This document shows, piece after piece, positions 7,520 to 17,342 of a DNA stretch of 25,813 nt. The position numbers and the translations under genes were made by a program. The notes beneath the pieces were generated by a model, which worked only from the letters and a program-made list of their open reading frames with translations, did not search any database and was not told where the DNA came from. Each line of letters opens with the position of its first letter. Within the stretch, counting starts at the first letter, position 1. Source of the stretch: Thermostichus sp. DRC_bins_24 (GTDB taxonomy: Bacteria > Cyanobacteriota > Cyanobacteriia > Thermostichales > Thermostichaceae); the NCBI GenBank assembly GCA_039794845.1, contig JAUQVK010000012.1, positions 1 to 25,813 on the forward strand, written 5' to 3'.

Positions 7520-7890
7520 GATAGCTTTAGGTTAGCTTAATTTCGCCTGCCGGATAAAGGTGCTCCACGCTCTAGCCCATAGCCACCCCCCCTCCCCCCG
7601 GTGATGGGTGGGCGGTAGCCTGTGGGTTGGCCCTTTCTGGGGAATGGCCGGTGGATGTGACCTTGGGTCAAAAGGCCATCTGGAGCTGCTTCGGAAGGCG
7701 CAAGGGCAAGGGATCCCTCAGATGGGGCAAATTGACGCAAAGTGGGGCAGTGTCGGCAGCCTGCTGGCGGCCTGGGGGTTATCCGATCAGGCTCAGGAGC
7801 CTGTTGGAGCCCTGGCACAAGGGTGGAGGGGCCCACATCCAGGCCAGTTGTACCGTCAATCAGAAGGGAGCCGCCAGGCGTTATTCGTCC

Positions 7891-8817
7891 CTATTCGATG
7901 GCCAGGTGCAGCCACGGCACGGGATCCACTGACCGATTGTGAACGAACAACCCCCAGTGCAGGTGCGGCCCCGTCGCGGTTCCAGAAGCGCCAATGCCTC
8001 CCACCGGCTGACCGGCCTCGACCCAGTCCCCCTCCTGCACGTCGATGCGGCTCAGGTGCAGCAACAAGCTGGTTACCCCCTGGCCGTGATCGATGCCAAC
8101 CGTATTGCCGTGGATGCGAAAGCCCTCGGCCTCATAGCCCACCAAGCCAACTCGACCGGCTGCCGGAGCCACCACTACTGCCCCCACAGGGCCGGCATAG
8201 TCGATACCGCGGTGGTAGTAGTCTTCGGCAAACTCGCCATTGTAGTAGCGGCGCACCCCGAACACGGTGGTAACCGGGCCTTGGGCCGGACGCTGGAAAT
8301 ACCCCTGCCAATGTTTCTCCGGGCTGACGTGCTGACGAAACGCTTCTACCTTGGCCCATTCCACTTCCGTCGCCCAAACGCTAGCCCCCGGTGGCAGGCG
8401 AATGCTTTGAACCGGAAAATCTCGCGGTTGTAACATTAAGGGCAGAATTGGGGTTTCGGCAAATCCTTGAACCTGAATTTGTCGGGGTCCGGGAGCATCC
8501 AAAGGGGTTGTGGGGATCAGTGCCCGCCAACGGTTGGCAGCCACAGGGAAGGCGGGATACTGGGCTTGGATGCTAGAGAGCTCCGCCCCGCTGTCGTGAG
8601 CGGGATGGATCAAACTGACGAACGGTTGATCCAAAAGCAGGGTTTCCGGTGGGGCCGTAATTTGCACAGAAACGGTGTATCCCAAGGGGGGATCCATAGG
8701 GCTAATCTGCACCTGAGGGGTACCGGCCTCGGCGGAGAGGGCACCCGTACACACTGCCCAGCTCAGGCCCAAAAGCCATCCTCCCGTTCTCCGGCCAAAC
8801 CCCATGTCTACCACCAC
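7891..8817 (-). CDS. M23 family metallopeptidase (secreted)
   Basis: Signal-peptide-like N-terminus, YYHRGIDYA (HxxxD), GNTVGIDHGQG, ATGPHLHWG (HxH). Confidence 0.93.
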   Translation of the reverse strand: MVVDMGFGRRTGGWLLGLSWAVCTGALSAEAGTPQVQISPMDPPLGYTVSVQITAPPETLLLDQPFVSLIHPAHDSGAELSSIQAQYPAFPVAANRWRALIPTTPLDAPGPRQIQVQGFAETPILPLMLQPRDFPVQSIRLPPGASVWATEVEWAKVEAFRQHVSPEKHWQGYFQRPAQGPVTTVFGVRRYYNGEFAEDYYHRGIDYAGPVGAVVVAPAAGRVGLVGYEAEGFRIHGNTVGIDHGQGVTSLLLHLSRIDVQEGDWVEAGQPVGGIGASGTATGPHLHWGLFVHNRSVDPVPWLHLAIE

Positions 8818-9226
8818 CGATCCTCACCCCATCCGTATTCCTCCTATGCTCCATTTTGCGCAGGCCAGCGCCTTCTGTCTAAGCGATTTGGCTGGGATCC
8901 CTCCGCAAAATCGAAAATGAAGTTCGGCAGATCCCCAAAGTCTGGCTTTTCTTTGTCAAGAATGGATAAAGGAAGGCCTGTTCTTCTCCCCGAAAAGCGG
9001 AAACTTTACACAAAATTCATAGACTGAAAACTTCTCCAGATAGGGAAAATTCTGTATTCCCACCGAAGAGGACAAATCAACCTTCTTTATATGATCTAAG
9101 GCAGGAATAGACATTGCAACTGAAGAGGGCGTTGTCTTTCTCACCTAACCGGCAATGTTCTGTTGGCAGCAGATACCGCGATTTGATTTAGCTTTATCTC
9201 TTCACTGGAAAGTGGATTCTGAAACT

Positions 9227-9448
9227 ATGGATAGCATCAGCGAACTGGAATTTAAAGTGCAGATCTTGGCCCGTTGCCTTGGATCTGCTTTGGGATTGGG
9301 CCGCCCCACCCGTATTGAGATTCACTATTCTGCTTCCCACGGTTCTGAGAACCCAAGCCCTGGGGATCAAAACATCGATAAGCAATTGAGTTCTGCGATT
9401 GAGTCGATGTCAGACTCCCAGGATCGCGCCATAGCTTGGGCAGCCTAG
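9227..9448 (+). CDS. Small hypothetical protein (start 9227, or 9155)
   Basis: Fills an otherwise empty intergenic region, follows an AT-rich promoter-like stretch and is followed by a small hairpin (gagag-tttgg-ctctc). No family recognised. Confidence 0.4.
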   Translation: MDSISELEFKVQILARCLGSALGLGRPTRIEIHYSASHGSENPSPGDQNIDKQLSSAIESMSDSQDRAIAWAA

Positions 9449-9574
9449 AGAGTTTGGCTCTCCTGACTTTATGGTGACAGCATAAGAGTTTCTCGATATC
9501 AACGTCTTACAGCGTAAGGAGCTTAGGCTTCTTAACGAGCTGCCTCCACCACATTTCCGAGAGAGCGGAGATTT

Positions 9575-10546
9575 TTAACGATGCTTTCTGTGTTTTTTCT
9601 TCTTTTGGTTCGGTTGAATTGAAGAGCCAAATCCTGTTTTGGGTGCATATTTTCGTTGCAGGACAATCCATTCTTGGTGATACTGCCGCGTGCGTTCTTT
9701 CTGGCCTCTAATCTGGGCCTGTTTCTCGGCAGGGAGTTGTTCAAGCCTGAGCAAGCCCAGATCCAGTTGCAGATCGTCCCAATCCCCGCAGATGGTTTCA
9801 TCAACACGCCGGGCAGCAAAAACATTCTCAATCTGCTTTAAGATGGCTGCGTCCGCAGGTAAAGCCAGTTTCGTCGGCAGATTTGTCTGGGTGGTCAAAA
9901 AGGCAGTGATGAGCCAGGCATTGATCTCAGGATCCTGTTCAGCGTAGGGCTCTAGCCAACTCTGCAATCGCTCCATGAACTCAGATGCAGCGGATTCGCT
10001 CGCGGGCGGTAGGGGCACCCCCAGACGTATTTGTGAAAACCTTCTGCACCCTGTAGCAATCTCAGCTAGGGCATCCAGCGCTGCGGTGAGGCCGTAGGTC
10101 TCTGAGGCGGTTGTGTTCCGACGCTGTTGCAGCCATTCTGAAGCAAAGCTCTGGAGAGCAGGCTGCGCTTTGGGGCCGATCAACCCAAGCACCAGCGGCA
10201 GTTCTTCCGAAATCCAATCCTCGTCTAGGGATCCCGTACCTTGATCCGCTTCTCGGAGCAATTCGAGCAATACCGGCACAGCCGCCTCTGCCTTCAGTTG
10301 TCCTAAGGCCCGCCAAGCATGAATCGAAGCCCAAAAGGTTACCGGCTCCTCCTCCAGCTCTTCTTCCCGTGTCCAAGAACGACTTTGCAACACCTGAATC
10401 AGGTCGGGGATATGAGCCTCGGTTAGCCCCAGCTTGAGATAGTTGGGCCAGCCTGGGGGTTGATTGTGAATACTATCTCCGGCATCGCCGTAGGTAATGA
10501 GTTGCTGCACAGGGGCCGGATAGTCCAGTTCTAGCCTTTTGCCCAT
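9575..10546 (-). CDS. DUF1186/HEAT-like helical repeat protein
   Basis: YPAPVQQLITYG, WPNYLKLGLTEAHIPDLI, WASIHAWRALGQLKAEAAV, EELPLVLGLIGP, VDETICGDWDDLQ; basic tail. Start at 10546 with an AGGAGG RBS. Confidence 0.8.
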   Translation of the reverse strand: MGKRLELDYPAPVQQLITYGDAGDSIHNQPPGWPNYLKLGLTEAHIPDLIQVLQSRSWTREEELEEEPVTFWASIHAWRALGQLKAEAAVPVLLELLREADQGTGSLDEDWISEELPLVLGLIGPKAQPALQSFASEWLQQRRNTTASETYGLTAALDALAEIATGCRRFSQIRLGVPLPPASESAASEFMERLQSWLEPYAEQDPEINAWLITAFLTTQTNLPTKLALPADAAILKQIENVFAARRVDETICGDWDDLQLDLGLLRLEQLPAEKQAQIRGQKERTRQYHQEWIVLQRKYAPKTGFGSSIQPNQKKKKHRKHR

Positions 10547-10643
10547 CGGGATCCCTCCTACATCCAGGTGATTGATCCTAACCTCCAGGGGTATAGACTC
10601 GGAACGTGATTTGGGGTGTGTGGGTAGCAGGATCTGGAGGGCT

Positions 10644-12044
10644 ATGGAACGAGCAATGCAACTGTGGCGCGGTTTCTTGCTGCGGGATTTTGCCATCGAG
10701 GCTTGGTGGCAGGGAAGTGTTTTGGGCCGCCTGTCGGGATCCCTGCAGAGCTGGGGCAAAAGCAGTGGGTTGGTACGGGCATCCGATTGGATCGCCCTGG
10801 GGTTGGTGATGCTCTACTGGGGCTTTTCAGCGCAAACCTCAACCGGGATCCTGGGACTGATTTTGCTGGCGATGGCGGCCATTTTGGGCTTGGGCTGGCT
10901 GACGGGATCCCCCGATTGGGTGGCGGCCCATCTGCCCTTGGGCCTGTTCTGGGCCATTGCCACGCTGGCGACGATTTTTTCTCCCGTACCCTACGCAGCG
11001 CGGGATGGCTGGCTGAAGCTGACCCTCTACTTGGCGGGTTACCTGTTGCTGCACCGACTGCTGCGCAAGCCGCGTTTTCGAGATTGGATAGTGGGATCCC
11101 TGCTTTTGGTCAGCCTGGTAATGGGGATCTATGGCCTGCGGCAATACTTTTACGGAGCGGCAGAACTGGCCACTTGGGTGGATCCGGAATCGGGTCTGGC
11201 GGGCGTGACGCGAGTGTACAGCTATTTGCGTAATCCGAATCTGTACGGAGGTTACCTGATCCCTTTGATCCCCTTGGGGCTGGCGGCGGTTTGGATTTGG
11301 CCGGGCTGGGGGGCAAAGCTACTGGCCGGGTTTATCACGGCGGTGAATCTGATGTGTTTGTTGCTCACCTACAGTCGCGGCGCCTGGATCGGGGGGGTGG
11401 TGATGCTGGCCATGATGGCGGGGCTGCTGGTGCAATGGCATTCCATCCACCTGCCGGTGCGGTGGCGACGTTGGACCCTGCCCGCCCTATTCACCGGGGG
11501 TGGGGCGGCTCTTCTGTTGGGGATCCTAACGGTACGACCCTTGCGGCTACGGGTCCAGAGCCTCTTTCTGGGGCGGGTGGATACCAGCAACAACTTCCGC
11601 ATGAATGTCTGGGCGGCGGTGCTGGACATGATCCGCGATTTTCCAGTTTTGGGGATCGGCCCCGGTAACGCCGCCTTTAACCGGGTTTATCCCCTCTACC
11701 AGCGGGGCAACTTCAGCGCCCTCGGCTCCTATTCCGTCCCCCTAGAACTGACCTTAGAAACCGGCTTCATCGGATCCCTGACCTTTGCTTGGTTCCTGTT
11801 GGTGCTCTGGGATCACGGTTGGCGACAATGGCGTTTGGCCCTCGGATCCCGAACTCCACAAGGGCTGTGGGTGGCGGCGGCCCTGGCGGCCTGCACCGGC
11901 ATGATGGCCCACGGGCTGGTGGATACCATCTGGTACCGTCCTCAGGTACAAATGCTGTGGTGGCTTGCGGTGGCCCTGATTACGGCTAGCCTGGGCTCTC
12001 TTGAGCCCCAAAATGCCCGAACTGATGGGGCGGAAAGCTTGTGA
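10644..12044 (+). CDS. ictB: IctB family putative inorganic carbon transporter / O-antigen ligase-like membrane protein
   Basis: YGLRQ, LATWVDP, TRVYSYLRNPNL, TYSRGAW, SNNFRMNVW, GIGPGNAAFNRVYPLYQ, HGLVDTIWYRPQV; GGAGG RBS before ATG 10644. Confidence 0.95.
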   Translation: MERAMQLWRGFLLRDFAIEAWWQGSVLGRLSGSLQSWGKSSGLVRASDWIALGLVMLYWGFSAQTSTGILGLILLAMAAILGLGWLTGSPDWVAAHLPLGLFWAIATLATIFSPVPYAARDGWLKLTLYLAGYLLLHRLLRKPRFRDWIVGSLLLVSLVMGIYGLRQYFYGAAELATWVDPESGLAGVTRVYSYLRNPNLYGGYLIPLIPLGLAAVWIWPGWGAKLLAGFITAVNLMCLLLTYSRGAWIGGVVMLAMMAGLLVQWHSIHLPVRWRRWTLPALFTGGGAALLLGILTVRPLRLRVQSLFLGRVDTSNNFRMNVWAAVLDMIRDFPVLGIGPGNAAFNRVYPLYQRGNFSALGSYSVPLELTLETGFIGSLTFAWFLLVLWDHGWRQWRLALGSRTPQGLWVAAALAACTGMMAHGLVDTIWYRPQVQMLWWLAVALITASLGSLEPQNARTDGAESL

Positions 12045-12149
12045 GGCGCTGCCCGGGAATACTTCCCGTTTGGGTGGTCTAACCTCGGCCCCTTGGCCTT
12101 GACGAGAGGGAATTTGGAGTGGTAAACATCTTCAATAAAAGATAAAAGT

Positions 12150-12163
12150 GTATCTGCTTTTAC
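12150..12163 (+). promoter_or_regulatory. NtcA-binding site upstream of glnB
   Basis: tGTA-TCTGCTTT-TACa is a perfect consensus. An imperfect extended -10 (TGt-TAAAAA) begins 22 nt downstream at 12186, the class II NtcA promoter spacing. Confidence 0.8.
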
Positions 12164-12195
12164 AATTTGAAGGTGTCAGCAGTGTTAAAAATTAG

Positions 12196-12561
<366 letters not shown>

Positions 12562-12701
12562 AGATGGGGTGTTCTCGGAAGCTTAGGTTACCTGGCCTGA
12601 GCCCCAAATTGAGTTTGCTGTGTGTCAATGGGCCTATGATTGCCCTGTCTTCCCTGTAATGCGTTGTGAGAAGTACTGTCACTTTAGGTGAGTCGAAAAG
12701 C

Positions 12702-14117
12702 ATGACTACGACAAAGATCCAGAAGCTCTTTAACCGAGTACCGGAGTGGCTTTGGCGACCAGCCAAGTGGAGCCTGACGGCCCTGCTGATCGGTTCTTTG
12801 GTGTTTTTGTTCACGCAAGGGTCCGCCTCTGCCCAAGAGGAAGTTGAGGAAGTTCAGTTCCATGCCGACATTGTTTGGACCATGGTGTCAGCAGCCTTGG
12901 TCTTCTTCATGCAGGCGGGCTTTGCCATGGTGGAGACGGGCTTCACTCGTTCCAAGAATGCCGCCAACATCATGATGAAGAACCTGATGGACTTTTGCAT
13001 GGGCTGCTGTGCCTTTTGGTTCATCGGGTTTGGTCTCATGTTCGGCAACAGCGGCGGCTTTTTCGGCACCAATTGGTTTGCCTTCGGCTGGCAGACAGCC
13101 TACGACGTTGGGGGCTGGCCCTTCACCTTCTTCGTTTTCCAGATGGTGTTTGCTGCCACCGCCGCCACCATCGTGTCGGGGGCCATGGCGGAGCGTACCA
13201 AGTTTTCTGCTTACCTCATTTACTCCGTGATCATCTCCGGCCTGATTTACCCGATTTCCGGCAGTTGGGGCTGGAACGGCTTGTTTGAAGACTACAACGG
13301 CGGGACCGCTGGCTGGTTGGAAGACCTGGGCTACATCGACTACGCCGGTTCTGGGGTGGTGCATCTGGTGGGGGGGGCAGCGGCCTTGGCAGGAGCCATT
13401 GCCCTGGGCCCTCGCATTGGCAAGTATGGCCCCAACGGCGAGCCACGAGCCATTCCCGGTCACAACCTGCCCTTAGGAATGTTGGGGGTGTTCATTCTAA
13501 CTTTGGGTTGGATTGGGTTTAACGCGGGTTCCACCACTGAAGCCTCCACTGATATCGGCTGGATCGCCATGAATACCCTGTTGGCGGCTTCTGCTGGCGC
13601 CATCGGGGCCATGTTCACCTCCTGGGCCCACTTTGGTAAGCCGGATATGACGTTTGCCGCCAACGGGGTGCTGGCCGGTTTGGTGGGGATCACTGCCCCT
13701 TGCGACAGTGTGCATCCTTTGGGGGCTTTGATCATTGGCTCCATTGCCGGGATCCTGGTGGTGATTTCGGTGGTGGTTTTGGACACGGTGTTGAAAATTG
13801 ATGATCCGGTGGGCGCGGTTTCGGTACACGGTACCTGCGGCATTTGGGGGGTATTGGCGGCGGGGATCCCCTTCTTTGCCAATGCCAACTATGCCGAGGA
13901 TGTCACCTGGGGCCAATTCGGGGTACAGATTGTGGGGGCTTTGGCCTATTTCCTCTGGCCCTTCATTACCTGCTTGATCTTGTTCTTCATCCTCAAGGCG
14001 GTCACCGGCCTGCGCACCAGTGCCGAAGAAGAGATCGCCGGTTTGGATGTGGGCGAGCATGGCAACGTCGCTTACCCTGACTTTGTCAGTGCTGCCACTG
14101 ACTCCGAGCAGTCCTAG
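12702..14117 (+). CDS. amt: Ammonium transporter (Amt), first copy
   Basis: FMQAGFAMVETG, FQMVFAATAATIVSGAMAER, DYAGSGVVH, WIGFNAGS, DDPVGAVSVHG, GLDVGEHG; signal-peptide-like N-terminus (ASA-QEE). ATG 12702 preferred. Confidence 0.98.
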   Translation: MTTTKIQKLFNRVPEWLWRPAKWSLTALLIGSLVFLFTQGSASAQEEVEEVQFHADIVWTMVSAALVFFMQAGFAMVETGFTRSKNAANIMMKNLMDFCMGCCAFWFIGFGLMFGNSGGFFGTNWFAFGWQTAYDVGGWPFTFFVFQMVFAATAATIVSGAMAERTKFSAYLIYSVIISGLIYPISGSWGWNGLFEDYNGGTAGWLEDLGYIDYAGSGVVHLVGGAAALAGAIALGPRIGKYGPNGEPRAIPGHNLPLGMLGVFILTLGWIGFNAGSTTEASTDIGWIAMNTLLAASAGAIGAMFTSWAHFGKPDMTFAANGVLAGLVGITAPCDSVHPLGALIIGSIAGILVVISVVVLDTVLKIDDPVGAVSVHGTCGIWGVLAAGIPFFANANYAEDVTWGQFGVQIVGALAYFLWPFITCLILFFILKAVTGLRTSAEEEIAGLDVGEHGNVAYPDFVSAATDSEQS

Positions 14118-14170
14118 AGTCTCTGAGTTGGGTCTACCTGTTTAGCTCCATTCCATTACAAGTCACATTG

Positions 14171-14204
14171 AAGGGGAGGGTCGGGATTGACCCTCTTCTT
14201 TGTT
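14171..14204 (+). terminator. Intrinsic terminator-like hairpin between the two amt genes
   Basis: AAGGGGAGGGTC-gggatt-GACCCTCTTCTT followed by TGTT. Confidence 0.7.
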
Positions 14205-14205
14205 G

Positions 14206-14247
14206 GTGTAAACGGTTACTTGACAAATGAGGAGGATTCCGCAAGAT
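14206..14247 (+). promoter_or_regulatory. Candidate promoter for the second amt: NtcA-like box, TTGACA and a -10-like element
   Basis: GTG-TAAACGGT-TAC (14206-14219), TTGACA (14220-14225) and CAAGAT (14242-14247), the last lying 22 nt after the box. Confidence 0.45.
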
Positions 14248-14282
14248 CGAGCCATGGGACTCCAGTTGATGTGATTTGGGCG

Positions 14283-15746
14283 ATGAGGAAAAGGATAGTC
14301 TTTCCCCGAGGGAGGGGATTAGGGGAAGGGAGAAAACTCCTGCTGTGGCTTGGAGTGTTGCTGGGGTTGGGGGGGGTTGCTGCCCCACCGGTGCTGGCCC
14401 AAACCGATCTCACGGCGCTGGAACAGGCTTTGCCTCCGGAGGCTTGGACTGAACTACAAACCTTGCTGCAAACCCAGCAATACCATGCGGATATTGTTTG
14501 GACGATTGTGGCTGGGGTACTGGTGTTTTTCATGCAGGCGGGCTTTGCCATGGTAGAGGCGGGCTTCACCCGGGCCAAAAATGCCACCAACATCGTCTTG
14601 AAGAACCTGATGGACTTTTGCTGTGGAGCCTGTGCCTTTTGGTTTTTGGGGTTTGGGCTGATGTTTGGATCCCATGTGGCCGGTTTTTTGGGTACAGATT
14701 GGTTTTTCTTCAACTGGCAGCAGGGAGCTGAAGCCGGCACTCAAAACGATGCCTGGCCCTTCACCTTCTTTTGTTTTCAATTGGTGTTTGCTGCCACAGC
14801 TGCCACAATCGTTTCCGGGGCGATGGCGGAGCGCACCCGCTTTGTTGCCTATTTGGTGTATTCCGTCGTCATCTCTGCCGTGATCTACCCGATCTCCGGT
14901 GGCTGGGCTTGGAACGGTTTGTTTGCCGACTACAACGGCGGAAGCTCGGGCTGGCTGGAGAACTTAGGCTACATCGACTTTGCCGGGTCGGGGGTGGTGC
15001 ACTTGGTGGGGGGAGCGGCGGCTTTTGCCGGTGCAATATGTTTGGGGCCACGGTTGGGCAAGTACAGTGCTGCCGGGGCGCCGCGGGCTATTCCGGGACA
15101 CAGTTTGCCCTTGGGCATGTTGGGGGTGCTGATCCTGTGGATGGGTTGGATCGGCTTTAATGCCGGCTCGACAACCGCGGCGATTCCCGATATCGGCTGG
15201 ATCGCCTTCAACACCTACTTGGCGGGGGCAGCCGGGGCGATTGGTGCCCTCTGTACTTCCTGGGCAATCTTTACCAAGCCGGATATGACTTTTGCGGCCA
15301 ACGGGGCGTTGGCGGGTTTGGTGGGCATTACTGCTCCCTGTGAAACGGTTCATCCTTTGGGGGCACTCATGATCGGCTCGATTGCCGGGGTATTGGTGGT
15401 GCTGTCGGTGCTGTTCATCGAGAGCACCTTGAAGGTGGATGACCCGGTGGGGGCGGTGTCGGTACATGGGGTGTGTGGGGCTTGGGGGGTGATTGCCGCC
15501 GGGATCCCGTGGTTTGCCCATGCAGAAGCTGGGGTGAGCTGGGGGGTCTTGCCGGTGCAAGTGTTGGGGGTGATCGCCCTCGGGGGATGGTCTTTTGTCG
15601 CCTGTCTGGTTTTGTTTTTAATATTGAAGGGCACCATTGGTTTGCGGGTCTCGGCAGAAGAAGAGTTGGCCGGTTTGGATATCGGTGAGCACGGCAATAT
15701 CGCTTACCCCGACTTTGCCAGCACCTCGAGTGAGTTGGAACGATGA
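14283..15746 (+). CDS. amt: Ammonium transporter (Amt), second copy
   Basis: Same motifs as the first copy (DFAGSGVVH, WIGFNAGS, DDPVGAVSVHG); longer N-terminal leader. ATG 14283 preferred. Confidence 0.97.
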   Translation: MRKRIVFPRGRGLGEGRKLLLWLGVLLGLGGVAAPPVLAQTDLTALEQALPPEAWTELQTLLQTQQYHADIVWTIVAGVLVFFMQAGFAMVEAGFTRAKNATNIVLKNLMDFCCGACAFWFLGFGLMFGSHVAGFLGTDWFFFNWQQGAEAGTQNDAWPFTFFCFQLVFAATAATIVSGAMAERTRFVAYLVYSVVISAVIYPISGGWAWNGLFADYNGGSSGWLENLGYIDFAGSGVVHLVGGAAAFAGAICLGPRLGKYSAAGAPRAIPGHSLPLGMLGVLILWMGWIGFNAGSTTAAIPDIGWIAFNTYLAGAAGAIGALCTSWAIFTKPDMTFAANGALAGLVGITAPCETVHPLGALMIGSIAGVLVVLSVLFIESTLKVDDPVGAVSVHGVCGAWGVIAAGIPWFAHAEAGVSWGVLPVQVLGVIALGGWSFVACLVLFLILKGTIGLRVSAEEELAGLDIGEHGNIAYPDFASTSSELER

Positions 15747-16603
15747 TTCCTGTGCCGATTGTGCAGTCCCGTGCCCGTCTGGGAGAGGGCCCCGTTTGGG
15801 ATCCGCTGCGCCAATGCTTGTTCTGGGTGGATATTTACAACCATCGGGTGCATCAATTTATCCCGGAAACGGGGGCAGACCGCCAGTGGGAGGTGGGGGA
15901 AGTGGTGGGATCCCTGGCTTTGGCGGCGGGGGAACGGCTGTTGCTGGCTCAACGGCATCGCTTAGCCTGGCTGGATTTGCTCACCGGAGCCGTAGAACCT
16001 CTCCTGGAACTGGAGACAGATCAACCGGAGAACCGCTGCAACGACGGCAAGTGCGATCCACAGGGGCGCTTCTGGTTTGGCACCATGGGGCCAGAGGGGG
16101 CAGGAAGCCTCTACTGCTACGATGGCCATCTAAAACAAATGGAAACGGGCCTGACCATCTCCAATGGGTTGGGGTGGAGCCCTGATGGGCAAAAGTTTTA
16201 TTTGACCGACTCCCCCCGCCAGCAAATTTACATCTACGACTTTGAGCCGGAAACAGGATCCCTATCGAACCGGCGGGTGTTTATCGACTTGAGGGGATCC
16301 CGCTTTTTCCCGGATGGGCTAACCCTGGATGCCGAGGGATATCTTTGGGTGGCGCTGTGGGATGGCTGGGCGGTTCAGCGCTTTGATCCCCAAGGGATCC
16401 CTGTAGAGAAAATCGAGATGCCCGTCCAAAGGCCCACGTGCCCTACGTTTGGTGGTCCACAGTTGGAGCAGCTGTTCATTACCACTGCTGCGGTCGGTCT
16501 AAGCGAAAAAGAAATTCAAACCAGCTTTCATGCCGGGGATCTGTTCAGGGTACAAATGGCAGTGCGGGGCTTACCGGCTCATCGACTGAGGGATCCGGTT
16601 TGA
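15743..16603 (+). CDS. SMP-30/gluconolactonase/LRE family protein
   Basis: LGEGPVWD, NRCNDGKCDPQGRFWFGTM, ISNGLGWSPD, PDGLTLDAEG, PTCPTFGG; ATGA overlap with the second amt. Confidence 0.95.
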   Translation: MIPVPIVQSRARLGEGPVWDPLRQCLFWVDIYNHRVHQFIPETGADRQWEVGEVVGSLALAAGERLLLAQRHRLAWLDLLTGAVEPLLELETDQPENRCNDGKCDPQGRFWFGTMGPEGAGSLYCYDGHLKQMETGLTISNGLGWSPDGQKFYLTDSPRQQIYIYDFEPETGSLSNRRVFIDLRGSRFFPDGLTLDAEGYLWVALWDGWAVQRFDPQGIPVEKIEMPVQRPTCPTFGGPQLEQLFITTAAVGLSEKEIQTSFHAGDLFRVQMAVRGLPAHRLRDPV

Positions 16604-16691
16604 AAGAAATATCCCTGCTGCGATGGCAATCATGGTAGGGCTAGCATTGAGCTCTAGGATCAAGGCAGATCCAATCCAGAAAGGTACCCCC

Positions 16692-17270
16692 ATGTTGAAA
16701 CGCGTGGATCAGGCACTAGGGGGGTTCGATAGTCACCCCCTCTGGGCGGAACTGAGGCAAATGCAAACCCTACGGCAGTTATGGCCGGAAACGGTAGGGG
16801 CTGTGGTAGCTGCTCAAACCCGCCCCCTCAGCGTACGGCAGCAGGTGTTACAGGTGGCCACCTCGACCCCGGCTTGGGCACAAAACCTGGCTTTTCAACG
16901 GCATCTCATCCTCAAAAAACTCAACAGCCACCTCCATTCTCCCCTCAGCGATATTCGCTTCAGCCCCGGTGCCTGGCATGAGGGATCCAACCCAACGCCC
17001 AACCATCCCGATGCAGAGCTGATGGGCAAGTTTTATAGTGCTCTGCGCCATGATGGACGAGCCTCCAACCCGGATCCCTCCCGTGCCGAAAAGCAGCCGG
17101 CAGATCCCCAAAGGGCTTTTGAGCGCTGGGCCAGGGTCGTGAAACAACAGCAAACGCAGCAGAATATGTTCCCCTGCCCCGTCTGTCGCTGCCCTACCCC
17201 CGCTGCCGAACTAGAGCGTTGGTTTGTCTGTGGATTTTGCCACCGGCAATCGGTACGCCCGCAACGGTGA
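16692..17270 (+). CDS. DUF721 / DciA-family protein with C-terminal zinc ribbon
   Basis: WPETVGAVVAAQTRP, LQVATSTPAWAQNLAFQR, DIRF; CPVC...ELERW..CGFC. Start 16692 (or 16623). Confidence 0.85.
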   Translation: MLKRVDQALGGFDSHPLWAELRQMQTLRQLWPETVGAVVAAQTRPLSVRQQVLQVATSTPAWAQNLAFQRHLILKKLNSHLHSPLSDIRFSPGAWHEGSNPTPNHPDAELMGKFYSALRHDGRASNPDPSRAEKQPADPQRAFERWARVVKQQQTQQNMFPCPVCRCPTPAAELERWFVCGFCHRQSVRPQR

Positions 17271-17342
17271 GCCGAGGATCCCCCAACTCCATCCTCTCAA
17301 ACACCCTCATCAATCCCTTATCAATAACAAATGTGGGGAAAA

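Noticed and set aside
9575..9660. SEC-C motif at the end of the DUF1186-like protein
   Set aside because: There are no CPCGS cysteines, only a basic tail.
10547..10759. Overlapping N-terminal extensions of ictB and the DUF1186-like gene
   Set aside because: Starts with good RBSs at 10644 and 10546 remove the overlap.
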